The notes: generated from the sequence alone by a model not told the origin. Positions 49,671-64,000 are shown, numbered from the stretch's first letter. The stretch: DNA of 64,000 nucleotides from the human T2T-CHM13v2.0 reference genome, Homo sapiens (GCF_009914755.1 NC_060939.1), one strand, 5' to 3'. Translations and numbers: made by a program.

Positions 49671-51092
49671 GAATTGTAGCATAGAGCACCTTTTGTAATT
49701 ATGGGGATAGGAAGCAATTGGGACATGGCCAATGGCCAAGGACAGTGTTTGATTCCTTCATAGAAATGCTTCAGACTGGCTCTGGGTCCCTTGAGCTTAG
49801 CATTTTCAAGTTAAGGGAGAGCATGTATCCCTGCTGTGTTGACAATAATTTCACCGGGCAACCCACAATCAGAAAGCAGGGCATGCCTGTGCCTGTACTT
49901 TATTTTAGTCTTTCAATGGTGGAGCCAAGCCAGCAATGTCAGGCAGAGAGGGAAAAAAATGAAGAAGGCAGATTGCCTCTAAGAATTTTGCAAACTGATT
50001 TAAATGTTTAATCAGCACATTTCAACCACTTTATTAATATGTTTGCATACATATGTGTGCACTAAGGCAGTGCTTTTAGTATTCAGCATAACTCATCAAG
50101 ATGGTGCATACATTTCTTCCAGAGCCATGCCATCAGTGTCTGTATGAATCAATGAAGGCTGAGAATGCCAATGCTGTCACGTGTTGCCAATGACATAAGG
50201 CCTAGACCTGTTCTTGAGAGTAGGGCATGCCCTGTGAGGCAGACAGAGCTGCAGAGCCTGCAGATCAGGCAGTAAAAAGAGAGCAGGTGCACCAGGTCAA
50301 AGAGCTCCAGCAGAGAGGGGATGGTGTTGTTCCAAGCATGGTTCAGAAATGGGGAATCCAGGAGTACAGTTGCAGGTAGAAAAGCAGGCATCTGGCAAAT
50401 AGCCAGCTCTGGCTCAGGGAGCCAGGGAGCCCTGGTGACAGTGCCCGCAGGAGCGGGACAGAGCACCTGCCTGATGTCATGATCTAGGCAGTCACCAACC
50501 TGGGTCCCAGGCAGCAGAAACACCAGGCTTACCCTTCCTGGAATAATTAACCACATGAGAAGGGGTCCCTGAAGCAGGTCAACATTCACCTATCAAAGCT
50601 GAAGACTGATAGGAGAAAGGGTCTATCAAATCCTGGAGTGATTACCTTAGTGAGCTCCTCTTTCCTGAGATCTGGATGGACTACATTTTGGGGAAGGATG
50701 GAAGGTGTGTGGGCATGGGCCATGTAGTTAGATCTGCATGGCGAGGACTCAGAGTCTGGGAGCCATTGACAAGCACCTCCACTCCTCGAAGGCCGACGGC
50801 AGCTGTGGCTCTCCAAGGTTGAAGAAATGAAGACACCACTCCCTGTGTGTTGTCAGTGGCCAGGCCTATGCAGTGGAGTGCCTGGCCATTCGTGAAGATC
50901 TACAGCTGGATTAGGTGGCATTTAGCCATTCATTTTTCAAGTTTCTGTGTCTTGGAGGAAAATTGAGAGTGCACATATGGCCTAAAAGTTTAACTCCTAA
51001 CTCCTGTAATTCATTGATCAGAATTATAATTTTCACTTTAATGATTTATAAATGTGTACCTTCAAGTGCTAATGTTTGCTCTGTGTTTTTAG

Positions 51093-51230
51093 ATGGCTAT
51101 CCCAAAGAAGAAATGATTTATAGATGGAGAAAAAATTCAGTGGAGGCAGCTGACCAGAAATCATGGCGGCTTTATCAGTTTGACTTCATGGGCCTCAGAA
51201 ACACCACAGAAATCGTGACAACGTCTGCAG
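51093..51230 (+). CDS. GABRG3: Internal coding exon (probably exon 6) of GABA-A receptor gamma-3 subunit; extracellular domain, loop B end to start of loop C
   Basis: Translation [45 protein letters not shown] matches gamma-3 as I remember it (gamma-2 has GYPREEIVYQWKRSS..., gamma-1 GYPKNEIEYKWKKPS...). Acceptor ctctgtgtttttAG (51091-2), branch-like CTAAT at 51069-73, donor CAG|GTAGGA at 51231. 138 nt, phase 1-1, contains NTT sequon. Confidence 0.96.
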
Positions 51231-51745
51231 GTAGGAATTTACTGAAAGAGGCACAGCTCTCAAAAGCCAGAGAGGCCTAAGGCCATATGTAGTCATATCC
51301 TTAATGTACAAGCCTTTTGGGCAACCATGATACATAAGTGATATTTGAGACAAAACAAGTGATTCAAAGTGAAACTATGTTTTCATGTTTTAATTGGTAT
51401 GGGAGAGGGATGTTAGAAATAATTCATATTTTTGAATCCAGGCTGTGTTTGCATAATGTCTATAAACCTAGCTATAAACTTAACCTAACTCATTACTGAC
51501 CATATTTACATAAACCAATTTTGCTGATGGGGAGAGTTCTGCAAATTTCCACGTACATAAGAAGAATCAAATATTATTGAGAATCCACACATAAAAGAAG
51601 CTGGTGTGATATGTCCTTTGAGTTTCAATTGCTTTTATTTACTCTAAGTTTTATCTTTAACTTTGAGTTTCTTTTTCAATGATTGAAAGTAATTACCTAC
51701 CAATTTGATTTTATGAAGTGATCATTATATGCATATTCAAAATCC

Positions 51746-51840
51746 TGTAATTAAATAAAAAGAGTTGTTCTGCCTATGAATATATGTGAATGTGTTTTGT
51801 TTTGCTTTTTGTCTTATGTCTTATGTTGTTTTTTGCTTTG
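51746..51840 (+). terminator. Candidate intronic polyadenylation site
   Basis: TGTA 51746-49, overlapping ATTAAA (51750-55) and AATAAA (51754-59), then a long GT/T-rich tract ~51785-51840. Confidence 0.6.
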
Positions 51841-53533
51841 GGTATTTAATTATTCCTAGGGTCCACTATTTCACAACTGATTTTCTTTTGGTAGGGTGTG
51901 GGGTGCAGATGGGGGTAGAGTCAGCTTTTCTACTGATATTATTTGTTAGTATGAAGAATTTGTTGGGTCTTCAAATTATCTAATAATTTATTTTATGGGT
52001 GACTAGATTAAGATGCCAGTTTTGAGAATTAATTGTAAATATCTTTAAAGCCCAGTCTTAATTCTTGGTGCAACTGTAAAATAGAGAGCTATTGACACAT
52101 CAAGAAAAGTTCTGAAAAAGTTACCTGATTAAGGGAGAAAAACAAAAGATTCTCTATGAGTGTCATGGTAGAAAATCTGAGAAATGGGATCTGTGTTTAA
52201 ATATTAAACAATGACGATGTTAAATAATGGAACACCACAATTTATTTAAATGAACTGTGGAGGCAGCGCAAAGGGAAACGTTTTGGGATGCTTGCTCCCA
52301 ATTAAGAGGCACCTACCTTAGTAATGTAATTCCCTGTCTTAGAGGCTGCAATGTACCAGCAGACCTTTGGGGTCTAAGGCCGCCTGAAGGGAGTCACCAA
52401 GCAGCAGGGAGGACTGCTCTAGCATTTAAATCCCAAAGGCCTTTCCTGGTGTTCTCAAAACAAAAGGAAATGCAAAGTTAAGCTGAACCCAACTAACTCA
52501 GGGGATTTTGAAACTGATTGCAAGCAAATACTAGCTCAGAAAAGTGGCAAATAGAAGGAGACAACAGATTTGAGGCAACAGTCTGAACAATTCTTGTGCT
52601 AGGTGTTACTGTGGCTCTTAACGAAATTATAATCAATCTCTAAAGTCATATTTTTAATAAGTTTTACAACCACATTCAATCTTTTGTATAATTACACTTG
52701 TAAGGAAAATGTCCTTTGGATAATAAAAAAATTCCCATTTCATACGCTCGGGACGGACGCATGGTGGCTGTAGCCCACAAGCATGAGAAGTCACGCCCTG
52801 CCTGCAGCTGGGGTGTGTTGTTGCGTGTGTGCTTTTCAGGCCATATCCAGCATCAATTCAAGTGTCAACAGTTCACTGTTTAATGAATATTCATGAAACA
52901 CCATTGCTTGCTAAATGATTGACATTTTCACAATGTGGAGGATCACTCATGGGACTGTGTTGGCATTTTAAAGGATCCCTCTCAGATAAATGCCCTTTTA
53001 TAGGCAAATGTTATTCCTTGTTTCTCAATCTCCTAACTCAACATTATGACTATGGCAGTAACACACTTACTTACATAATCCCTTTTTTCCAAGAATAAAG
53101 CATTTGCAACACTGTCTACTTGGTTCTCACAAGTCGTTGTAAAGTTTGAAAAGGATGGATATGATTGTGCCAAGTTTTCAAGCTTATGTAAATAATTCTA
53201 CTAGGGAACTTATCTGTGAAATGGAAACACTTTGGGAAACCTCAGAATCAGGAGAAAGAGATGTGAAGCCTGCAGGTGCATTGCCGAGTCCAGGCCCTGT
53301 GAGGTGGTCTCTGTCCATTATCGCCTCCCACCATCTTCTCACTGTGGCCACTCTGGCCCCGCCATGCTTTGGGCACAGCCCTAAACAGCTGCATTTATTT
53401 GACTGGACCCATTTTTCTCTATTGGGATAACATAAATATCAAAAATATTATTTATGACATTCTGAGACTTGGATGTAATATATTAAATATGTTTATTTAA
53501 AATGCACAAAGACTGTTCAAAAACATTAGTCAC

Positions 53534-53972
53534 TGAATTAGTTTCCTGGAGCTACTTTAACAGTTCTACCAACTGTGTGGCTCAAACAACAGAAACAACG
53601 TGTTGTCTCTCAGTTCTGGAGGCTGGAAGTCTAAAATCAAGATGGCAGGCTTGGCATCTTCCGAGTGCCGTGAAGGAAGGATCTGCTCCAGGCCTCTCTC
53701 GTCGGCTTGCAGGTAGTATTCTTTCCACGTCCTTCTAACCTGCAGCAAATTCAAGGAAGTGAATTCTGTTCTATTGTCTTCTCCCTGGAGGTGTTGATCC
53801 CTGTATCTGCATTTCCTCTTTCTATAGAAACACCAGTCATATTGGATTAGCCTGCCTTCATGACCTCAACTTAACCATTTTCAAAGTCTCTATTTCCAGA
53901 TAAGGTCATGTTCACAGGTACTGAGGGTTAGGACTCTAACATCTTCAGGTGAATACAATTTAACCCGTGGCA
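53534..53972 (-). mobile_element. MLT1B-like solo LTR with a small internal insertion
   Basis: cagttctggaggctggaagtc..caccagtcatattggattag..ggtactgagggttaggact; TSD gtcac/gtaac. Confidence 0.85.
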
Positions 53973-54326
53973 GTAACCCAGAAAGTTTAGCACTTTGTGA
54001 GGAGTGGCATTTCAGTTGCACTGGGAAATGAGGCGTTCCCTTGTCCCAGACACATCCTTTTTACTTGGACTTCCTTGCAGGTGTCAGCGTTCCCCCTCTG
54101 GGTGAATCTGATGATGATGAAGTTTGGAAGGCATTGGGCTAGGCTAACTTAATGAGTACAGCTGGTGGATGGTATAGAAATCACATTCAAATGGGATCAC
54201 AGCTTAGTGTACTAAGACTTCTGACTGGCACAGCAGTGTGCTTTGTCATGTTACTGATGGTCTTGAACAGTCTCTCTGCCGTCTTTATGCCTTCCTCAGC
54301 TATTCTCCAAGGACAATTGCAGCTGA

Positions 54327-54738
<412 letters not shown>

Positions 54739-54879
54739 TAAACCTCCTACATTTTTTTATTCTGATAATTTAAAATATCTGTAGGCTTACCGACACTGAG
54801 AATAACCTGCAGCGAATTCAAGGAAGTGTACCTTGGAATTATCGGAAACAGGCTGATGGCAAGATGTTCAGCTTTGGTT

Positions 54880-55640
54880 TTCATTAAATGTTATTAATTA
54901 AAAAGAAGCTAAATATATATGGATATGCATACATGTATGAGTTGATAGACACACGTATATTTCCTGCTCTGTCAGCTGAGAAGTCCTAGGAGCAACAACA
55001 CTGCAGGAGCAATAAGTACCCTTAGTGCCCAGATCTTGGTTTCTAATATCATTCTCCAATTAAAGGAACCAGGGCTCCTTGGAGAAGTGGCAGATTGTGA
55101 GGCTGCAGCAGTGAATATACAAGATGAGCCTAGAGAATCTTGCAGTTCCAGAAACTAAGGCATGCTAAACACTCACCTCACACCCAGCCACCTACACACA
55201 AAATCATGGGGCTATATCAACAGACGCCAACTAAAAGATATCACAATGGTCAAAGCTAAAAATGTGAGCAGCAAGATAAATACAGTAGTATTGGATTATA
55301 ACCCAAGAATAAAATAAATATCCATGAGGCCACATTGATGCAAATAAATGATTGAATAAATACATACAAACATGGGAGAACACAGATAAATCCCCCATGC
55401 AGAATTTCACATGATTTATGTGGATGTTATTCCCTCAAGGAGGTAGGGCATAGCCCCCACTCTTTAATTGTGGGCTGCACCTGGTGACTTTCTTCCAAAG
55501 AGCGCAGGAGGAGACAAAGGAAGGACATGTATAGGGGATAACGTCTGGTGAACACCACTTGGCCACGTGATCGGTGAACATGGTCAGTGATTATAGATGG
55601 TGATCCTATGTGCCATGCATATGATGCGATGAAAATCCAC
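54880..55640 (+). mobile_element. L1MC/L1MD 3' UTR fragment
   Basis: agtgcccagatcttggtttctaata..aaaggaaccagggctccttggagaa..gtagtattggattataaccc. Confidence 0.75.
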
Positions 55641-57009
55641 CTTACGAGTCTGGCAAGAAGGTGGCTATGGAAAGTTATCCTCTTGGGTTGGCGCATCAGT
55701 GAAAGTCAATAATTAAAATACCTATAAGCCATTATCTCAGAGAGAAAGGAAGGAAAGGCAAATGGACTCTATACTCCAGACATTTTCTGAATTTCAAAAC
55801 TGTGAAAAGAAGAAAGCGAAGAAAACAAGGAGAAAGGGTCTGAAAAGCAGACTCTATCAGGGAGGGCAAGATAAGGAAAGAGCATCACTGAGGTTGCACC
55901 AGGAGGGGGCGTCACGGTGAGCATGCCACTGGAGCTAGAGCCCCTGGAGTTATCTGTACAGCAAGTGCAAAATAGACTGAAAAACCTGTTAAACTACAGC
56001 TCAGCCTTCAGTCACCCCAGCCCCTGATGGCATTAAGGTGATTAGTCCCAATCTTTGGCCTGGAAAAGAGAATGATGGGCTCCCCTTGAAGGATAATAAA
56101 TTTTTTTATTACAGATTTTCATACAGAAAAGTGCACTGTTGCCAAATGATCAAAACCCAAAAATAACACAGGTATCTGACTTTTTACCAGAAATCATGGC
56201 AACCAGAAGACAATGGAATTCCAAATGTGAAAAGAAACAGAATTTTCTGTTAAAAAGCCAATAAAAATAATGGTGAAATAGTGATGTTTTCAGGCTAAAG
56301 AAAAACAGGAAGAGAGAAAGAGATTGACTCTATGATCTCTATAGCAAGCTGCTTCTCTCCTTTGTGTAAAACCTTTATGACATTTGCAGGTTAATCCATA
56401 TCTTTGCCATATCAAGGCTGCCCATAATGCCTATTTGAACCTGAGTCCAGTTGTCTAAAATAATTTGGGTAGAATGCGCAGCGTTTTTTTCTTACCCACA
56501 GCAGGTTTTGTGAGATAGGACTGGAAATGTGAAGGCTGCTTTGCAGTGGGCATACTTATGGCAAACTGAGGGGTGCTCGGGTCAGGCTCAGAGCACGCTT
56601 AGAAGCGGCTTTGTAGTGGAAGTGATCCTGGCAAAGGCTCCCTGACGTCAGAGGAAGAGATCAAGGAAGAAGCCTGGGGCTCCAGATTAATTGCACTAGG
56701 AGCTTTCCCTCTGGTGCCTGGTTTATTATAAGACCACAAATAGGCTTCCCCAGAGACTAGTTATTATAGTCAAAACAATCAGGAGAAAGGCTGCTCTCGC
56801 ATGGCTATGGCAAAAGCCACATGGCTTGATGTGGACATCTGATGTTTTTGAAGTTGATTCAGTCTTTACGTGTAGAAGCTTCTGTAAGTAATTCTCCAAA
56901 CTCAAAAAAAGTATTCTATATATGAAGTTTTTGATACTGTGTGTTTAACATTCCAGCTAATTAAAAAATACATATATTTCCTCCAGCAGTGCCCACTGGG
57001 AGGGAGGGA

Positions 57010-57245
57010 GCACAGGGGGCAGGAGCTCCAGCACTAGAGTCAGACCACACTGTACTTGAACATATCTGCACCACTTACCTCCTATGTGACCTTGGGCAAT
57101 TCCTCTGACCCATCCACGCACTCCTCTCATAAGTGAGAGGGAAACTGCCTTCTCCTTTATATGGGTATTGTGAATTTAGGTGAATCAACACATGCCAAGT
57201 ACATAATTGCAATATATATATACAAATATTGCCTATTATTATTGA
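57010..57245 (+). mobile_element. MIR
   Basis: ctgcaccacttacctcctatgtgaccttgggcaat..gggtattgtgaattta. Confidence 0.7.
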
Positions 57246-58809
57246 CTCAATGTAGTTCCCGTGAGGAGAATTGAGAGATTTACGCATTGTCTTTCTTTAG
57301 TAATCATCCACTAAACCAGCTGCCAGCATTTTATTCAATGAGACATGCTCCAACAGGATGCTATAGTGAGATTTATATCTTGAATGCAAATAGGAATATA
57401 TGTTTAAATAGCTCTTGTAGAAGAAATTCAAGAAGTGGTTTCTTCTTGGCTTTTTGTCATATTTTTCTGAATGCAATCTGGGTAATATATCAGTCTGGGT
57501 TTGAAAGTCATAATTTTAAAAATAGTGTCAGTATCTTTGTTCACAAGATTGAGTGAAAAATCTTTCAAACCCACTGTGAGTCATCCTCCATCTCTAATTC
57601 AGACGGGAAATGCAGAAAAAACCTCTTCTTGGTCTAATGAACTGCTCGTCTGCTAAGAAAATTGAAATCCTGTGATACAAATCATATCTGAATATGTCTG
57701 TTCTTTTAAAATCAGATTTAATTAATTACTCCTTCCATGGGACCTGAATAAATTATAACATTTAATATATTATGACAGTAATATTTCTACATAAGAGAAT
57801 TTTATGGTTTTTATTTGGCTCTCGCTCTATACTTTGAGCAAGGTGGGACATGAGCCAATACCTTTATTTATAGATGAGGAACCAGTCTCAGCAAGATCTC
57901 AGGCATGGCCTTCAGCAGTCCACACAATATGTACTGTAGCTAGCATTAGACCCTCTCATTCTGAGGCCAGTGGCTTTTTCATGATGCCAGGGCCACAAAG
58001 AGTTAATTTGACTTCCTGTATCTGACTCCCGGTTTCCAGAACATTTTATTTATCTATCCAGTGTTGGACTGTATATACCAAACAGTACATCCCCTGGCAT
58101 GGATGATATTTTATATCATCATTTTTCCATTGTAGGATTATATTACTGCTTCCAATATTTGATCAGAAGGAAAGTCTTAAATCTGTACCATGACATAAGA
58201 GAGGAGGATGATTTAAAATTATCTATAAAAGTACATTATTGTTGAGATTTAGGGCTCTGGAAACTGTTTCTCTGGAATATCGCCATGCTGAAGATGCTTA
58301 GGAACACTCATTGTTTTACATGCTTTTTTGATGACACTACAACCCTTTAAGGTAGTTAGGCCACTATCCCATGACGCAAATGACAAACTGAATCTTAAAA
58401 GTATCTTAGTTCATGAAATGCGAGGGCGAGCCGTCCTGTAGCCTCGAGATAGCTGTGGAGCGCAGCACTCTAGAATGCGCCAGGAGAAACCTGCACTGGA
58501 TAAAAGCCAAACAGCCTTTGACGCCTGAGCTGAAGCTCCTGGAGCACTTGTTCCTGCCCACATCCTAGCAAGCGCTCATGCCACACTCCCATACCCTCCC
58601 AGCCCACCTGGATAACTTAGTAGTCCCTGGGCTTTTAAGCATTGATGTCATTCCTCCAGGAGGCCATTTTCAGGAGCCGCTCCCACGTCCCTCAAAGGCC
58701 AAGACAGGTTGACAGCCATTTACTTCCATAATGCCCTGATTTTGCCCCATAGTGACACTTAGCACATAGCATTGTACTGTGATTGTAACCAAGGAGGACT
58801 TGGAAAACG

Positions 58810-59015
58810 GAGGTTGAGAATGTGATGCTGGAGCCATCCTACCTGGGTTTAAATTCCAGGCCTGCACTCATAAGGTCTGTCATCTTGGATGCATTGTCTT
58901 ACTTCTGAGACACAGTTTCCTCATCTGCAAAATGGGGAAGACAATTCTAGTGCCGGCCTCAGAGATAAGGACCTTGTGAGGATTGAGCTTCAAAGCAGAC
59001 AGCAATCATTGTCTG
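58810..59015 (+). mobile_element. MIR
   Basis: cctgggtttaaattcc..cagtttcctcatctgcaaaatgggga..ttgtgaggattga. Confidence 0.8.
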
Positions 59016-59326
59016 GCATTCATTTTACACATTTCCCAATGAATCCACCTGTTGGTATCCCAGGGAGCTAGCAAAATAATTAGCTCAAAGAAAGTACTTG
59101 AATGTTTGGAAGAGAAAATGACCCTTAATTTGTTTAGCAAATGAGTCTAAAGGATAAATATATCCCTTTGCAAATATTTAGTTGTCATCTTAGAAAAATT
59201 AATATGGAAGCATTAATGAGACATAGGAGTGAAGATATTGTTTTGATATTTTAGTAGCTACACTTCACTCCTGTTTATATTAATAGTTTCATTATTTAAA
59301 ATTTATCCAACAAGGGACTTTAAAAA

Positions 59327-60562
59327 ATTTTTTTTATTTTACTTTAAGTTCTAGGATACATGTGCAGAACCTGCAGGTTTGTTACATAGGTATACACGTG
59401 CCATGGTGGTTTGCTGCACCCATCAACCTGTCAGCTACATTAGGTATTTCTCCTAATGCTATCCTCCCCCATCCCCCCACCCCCCGACAGGCTCTGGTGT
59501 GTGATGTTCCCCGCCCTGAGTCCATGTGTTCTCATTGTTCAACTCCCACTTATGAGTGAGAACATGCAGTGTTTGGTTTTCTGTTCTTATGCTAGTTTGC
59601 TGAGAATGATGGTTTCCAGCTTCATCCATGTCCCTGCAAAGGACATGAACTCATCCTTTTTTATGGCTGCATAGTATTCCATGGTGTATATGTGCCACAT
59701 TTTCTTTATCCAGTCTATCATTGATGGGCATTTGGGTTGGTTCCAAGTCTTTGCTATTGTGAACTGTGCTGCAATAAACATACGTGTGCTTGTGTCTTTA
59801 TAGTAGAATGATTTATAATCCTTTGGGTATATACCCAGTTACGGGATTGCTGGATCAAATGGTATTTCTGGTTCTGGATCCTTGAGGAATCACCACAGCC
59901 TTCCACAATGATTGAACTAATTTACACTCCCACCAATAGTGTAAAAGCTTTCCTATTTCTCCACATCCTCTCCAGCATCTGTTGTTTCCTGACTTTTTAA
60001 TGATCACTATTCTAACTGACATGAGAGGGTATCTCATTGTGGTCTTGATTTGCATTTCTCTAATGACCAGTGATGATGAGCTTTTTTTCATGTTTGTTGG
60101 CTGCATAAATGTCTTCTTTTGGGAAGTGTCTGTTCATATCCTTCACCTACTTTTTGATGGGGTTGTTTGTTTTATTCCTGTAAATTTAAGTTCTTTGTAG
60201 ATTCTGGATATTAGCCCTCTGTCAGATGGATAGATTGCAAAAATTTCCTCCCATTCTATAGGTCGCCTGTTCATTCTGATGATAGTTTCTTTTGCTGTGC
60301 AGAAGCTCTTTAGTTTAATTAGATCCCATTTGTCAATTTTGGCTTTTGTTGCCATTGCTTTTGGTGTTTTAGTCATGAAGTCTTTGCCCATGCCTATGTC
60401 CTGAATGGTATTTCCTAGGTTTTCTTCTAGGGTTTGTATGGTTTTAGGTCTTATGCTTAAGTCTTTAATGTATCTTGAGTTAATTCTTGTTAAAGGTTGT
60501 AAGGAAGGGGTCTATTTTCAGTTTTCTGCATATGGCTAGCCAGTTTTCCCAACACCATTTAT
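59327..60562 (-). mobile_element. L1PA (about PA7) 3' 1.2 kb, 5'-truncated
   Basis: ORF2p C-terminal fragments [36 protein letters not shown] and MFIAAQFTIAKTWNQPKCPSMIDWIKKMWHIYTMEYYAAIKKDEF, plus 3' UTR. Confidence 0.95.
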
Positions 60563-63319
60563 GTACTTTTCAGATAAGCCTAGTTTTGCCATATGGATAC
60601 AAATAAATGAACCAAAATTTTTGAAAGGGGCAGAGCAGATTGATTTTAGTTGGTTGATATTTATTTTTATAAACTCACACAGGCATGTAGCTTACCACAA
60701 ATTCGTTTTCTATGAAAGTACTGAGTGCTTTCAGCAGGATTCAGATTTTAAAAGTCCACACTGCTTCTGTGCAGACAAGGGATGCTGTGGACCTATTTGG
60801 AGGCTGGCTGCCTAGGTGGGGAATTGATTCCTTAGGAGTCCCCTGGGGAGTCAGGAGCTTACATAGGTGATGTCCATCCAGCTCACCTGAAGACTCTTGG
60901 CCAGACGTCCATTTTCCATCTTAGTCAACACAGAATCTGAAGAAATGCAGGCCTGTTTCCTGAGATAACGAAGCTTTTGCCAGCCAGGGTCAATCTCTCT
61001 CTACCATTATTATCACAGTAGCCGTCAATTAGATAACCTGGGTGCGTTTCCTCTTTGTCCAATGAAACTTTTCTTACTGGTTCTATTTCAGCTGGTTGTC
61101 ACTGATCAGACACTTCTGTGCAGGAAATTTTGAATGCACCCAAAATAGTTCCTTCCAGACCCCAACTTTCCCTGGACAACAGCACTGCTCTTCGGATGTT
61201 GCTCAGTTCCCACTTCGCTCTCCATAACAAATAAAGATATATTTATCTTGTAGACTCATTTGCTAAACAACTGACAGAGACAGGAGCATGGGAATTGTGT
61301 GGCCCCACGTGTGGCCCTTGTCCTGCCACCACCCCCACCACCACCCCCCCTTCACACTGCTCTTGCCGCATTTCTGTGGCCATTGAAGATGTCTGTCGTC
61401 GGAGTCATACTACATTGGACTTAGTAGTTCACCTTCTCCTTTTGATTTGCTCTAAACCAAGAGGAGACTCACTCCATTTATCAGAACACCACGCATGAGA
61501 GGAATGCAGGAATGCAGTCGTTTTGCAAGCACCTGGCCCTTGGCAGGGGTGCTCTCATGCCCTCCTTCCTTGCTGTGCTACTGAGATGCTCACGCTGGTC
61601 TGGGTGGAAGCATGCAAGCCCAGCTCCCTCAGCCCTCAGTGGCACAGCATCAGCCCCACACTGCGGCCCCTGCCTTCAGTGGCCTCGGGGCTCCCCTTCC
61701 CAGAGGGTATCCAAACATTCATTCAGTCAACCTACTTACTCTTCCCAGGGAAGAAAAATTCATAATTAGAGAAGCCACGCAGTCAGCTATGCTCCAGCCA
61801 AGCACCTCCCAGCCTCAGACAGGCAGCCCAGTCCAGTCCTGGCTAGGGTTTTCCTCGTAATCACAACTCAAAGTTTACATCTTTCTTCCTGTCCGTAGGG
61901 GGTTTCCTTGAGTATCACCTCATGTGTCATCATACAGAAACCAAAAAATTCTACTACCACCTTGATTCTACAGTTGATATTTGTTTTATTACTTCCTTTA
62001 AGCTATCCATCCGTTAATCTTTGGATTTCAAACATCTGCTGATTGGCCGTAAGACCAGTATATACTTGTGTTCAGTTAGTATTTTATGGTAAAATTTAAG
62101 TATGAGGACAATAAAATGTAAAAATTATATGTCCACGTAATGCTTAAATGTCTATTCCTCAAAGAAGTAATTACCAGTAAAAAAGTGTGATCAGAACAAA
62201 AAACCGACAAACAAAAAGGAGTCTGAGGAAAAGCCTCACTGAAGAATTACGAGGACATTGAAAGTCACCTCTGTTACTCCCTGTAGTCGTACTTCAAATA
62301 TGCGGGCTATTTAGGCAGTATGCATCGCTCTAAATTTTCTTCTTATTACCCCATATGCCCAATGCTACTGTTATTTACAGAATTAATTTTTTAGTCATAT
62401 CCCATATGACTTGTGTAATTTTATTTATCAAAGCCTTGTTATCAAACCACGTTGGGGTAATTTATTGGTCTTTCATACCAAAAGCCTTTGTTTTATCAAT
62501 ACAAAACAAAAAGCTCTAGAGGTTTGGAGTTTATCCAGAATTGCACGGCATTGTGATTAGCCCATTTGTCAGGACTAATTATGCTCAACTTAGAACAAAG
62601 TCTCTTTTTAAAAAGTAGCTAGCCAGCCCCCAATTCTAATGAGGACTTAGAGCCACAGACTTGGCTTAGAATTCATCACAGCTCTCTGAGTATGTGTCAA
62701 GTAGAAAGAGAGGGCACATTCCAACTGCTCTTTATTTCTTCTGTAATAAAGTCACAGATAAAAGGAGCATAAAAAGCATGCTTTGGTCTTGGTTTAAGTC
62801 TCACTTCAAAAGAATCTGAAGATGATGTGAAGTTAATGCGCTGCTCCCAGCACATCATAAGATGGCTAGGCATGCAGCCCAGGGTGACTGCAGCAGCTGC
62901 CAGCCCTGGCTGTGGGATCCGGGGCAAGTCTAAGGAGAGAGAGCAGTTGAGCCTGGAAGCCCTGTCCCAGCCTCTGGCTAGCACAGGGCTTCTTTTTCTT
63001 TCTGCCATTTTAACTAAGCTGGAGGCCCCAGTGTATTCCAGGGAATCAATCTTCAAAATAACTGCTGATTCCATGCAGTGATATTGTTTGTTTCATAAGC
63101 AGATTTGCTTTTATAAAGTAGAACATCTATTTGTTCAAGACATATATTCATGTTGTTCTTTGTGTTGATGAGAGAACCACTGACCGACATCTGTGCACTC
63201 ACTTTGTGCGTGTAAAGGCTGGCCTTAGGCCCTGCATTTCCTGGTTAACTTGTCTGCCATCTATGAGATTCTGTGTCTTCAATTCACAAGCTGTTCAACA
63301 ATTTGTATTGAATAAGAAG

Positions 63320-63590
63320 ACTAAGAAAGATTTAGTCATTTTGAAAAAGAAAATGCTCATAATATAATGTTAGGTAAAAATAGTTGTATAAAAATCTTCT
63401 GTATTGTTTTATGTGTTTGTATTGGGGTGTGGAGATGCACCAAGATAAAAAATACCCTTGAGACAAAATAGTAGTGGTGGCTTTTCTCTCATATCTCCAT
63501 AATGCTTTTCTTCTTAAATTATTGATGCATATTCCAAATGATTTAAAATTTTGCTTTAAAAAATCTTTAAAATCACAGAAAAATACGTAG
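63320..63590 (+). mobile_element. L1ME-like 3' relic
   Basis: tataatgttaggtaaaaa..gtataaaa..; A-rich end. Confidence 0.35.
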
Positions 63591-64000
63591 AAGAAAACAA
63601 CAAATCTGCATCTCCACCAGTTTTTGTTAATATCTTGGTACATATGTTTCCAGAGTTTTGTTTTAACATGAGACATACTCTTTTCCATACAATAGACTCG
63701 ATTTCATATTTTTAAAAAAATCTCAAAAGTGGGGAAAAATATAAACATGAGAATTTTTTTTTTAAAAAACTTAAATTCTATCTCCTAGTAAAGATCACAG
63801 CTAATATCAGGTAGATAGCTTTCAAAATAATCTTCAATGAATTCACACAGAGAGATTCATAGACCAGTATGCAGATAGAAAATGTAGCAATGTTTGATAA
63901 CAATTTTGTACGATTGATGTTATTTTAAAAAGTAAATGGGATTTTTCTGGATTCTATTAGAATAAAAAAAGAAATAGAGGAATTAAAACTTCAAACAAGT

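Noticed and set aside
50915-51092. N-terminal part of the 121-aa ORF containing the exon
   Set aside because: Intronic: non-ATG start, no GABA-receptor similarity, and it lies upstream of a clear acceptor.

Overview
Primate (almost certainly human) genomic DNA, AT-rich and roughly half interspersed repeats. The only credible protein-coding sequence is one 138-bp, phase 1-1 internal exon at 51093-51230 (+). It encodes (Y)[45 protein letters not shown](G), which I recognise as the GABA-A receptor gamma-3 subunit (GABRG3, probably exon 6, chr15q12). The rest is the large upstream and downstream intron, packed with L1, L2, MIR, Alu, MaLR/ERV1 LTRs and DNA-transposon relics; the other ORFs in the track look like artefacts. 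I see no new multi-gene system. The best leads are: (1) a well-formed intronic poly(A) site after the exon that would give a TM-less gamma-3 ectodomain; (2) a UG-rich minisatellite carrying 8 RBFOX UGCAUG motifs next to a candidate poison exon; (3) a ~230-bp orphan retroposed insert with target-site duplication (TSD); (4) an antisense LTR12 promoter pointing at a second LTR's poly(A) signal; (5) inverted Alus around the in-frame exon; (6) a 26-bp templated insertion. Repeat subfamily names and many boundaries are by-eye estimates from remembered consensus sequences.
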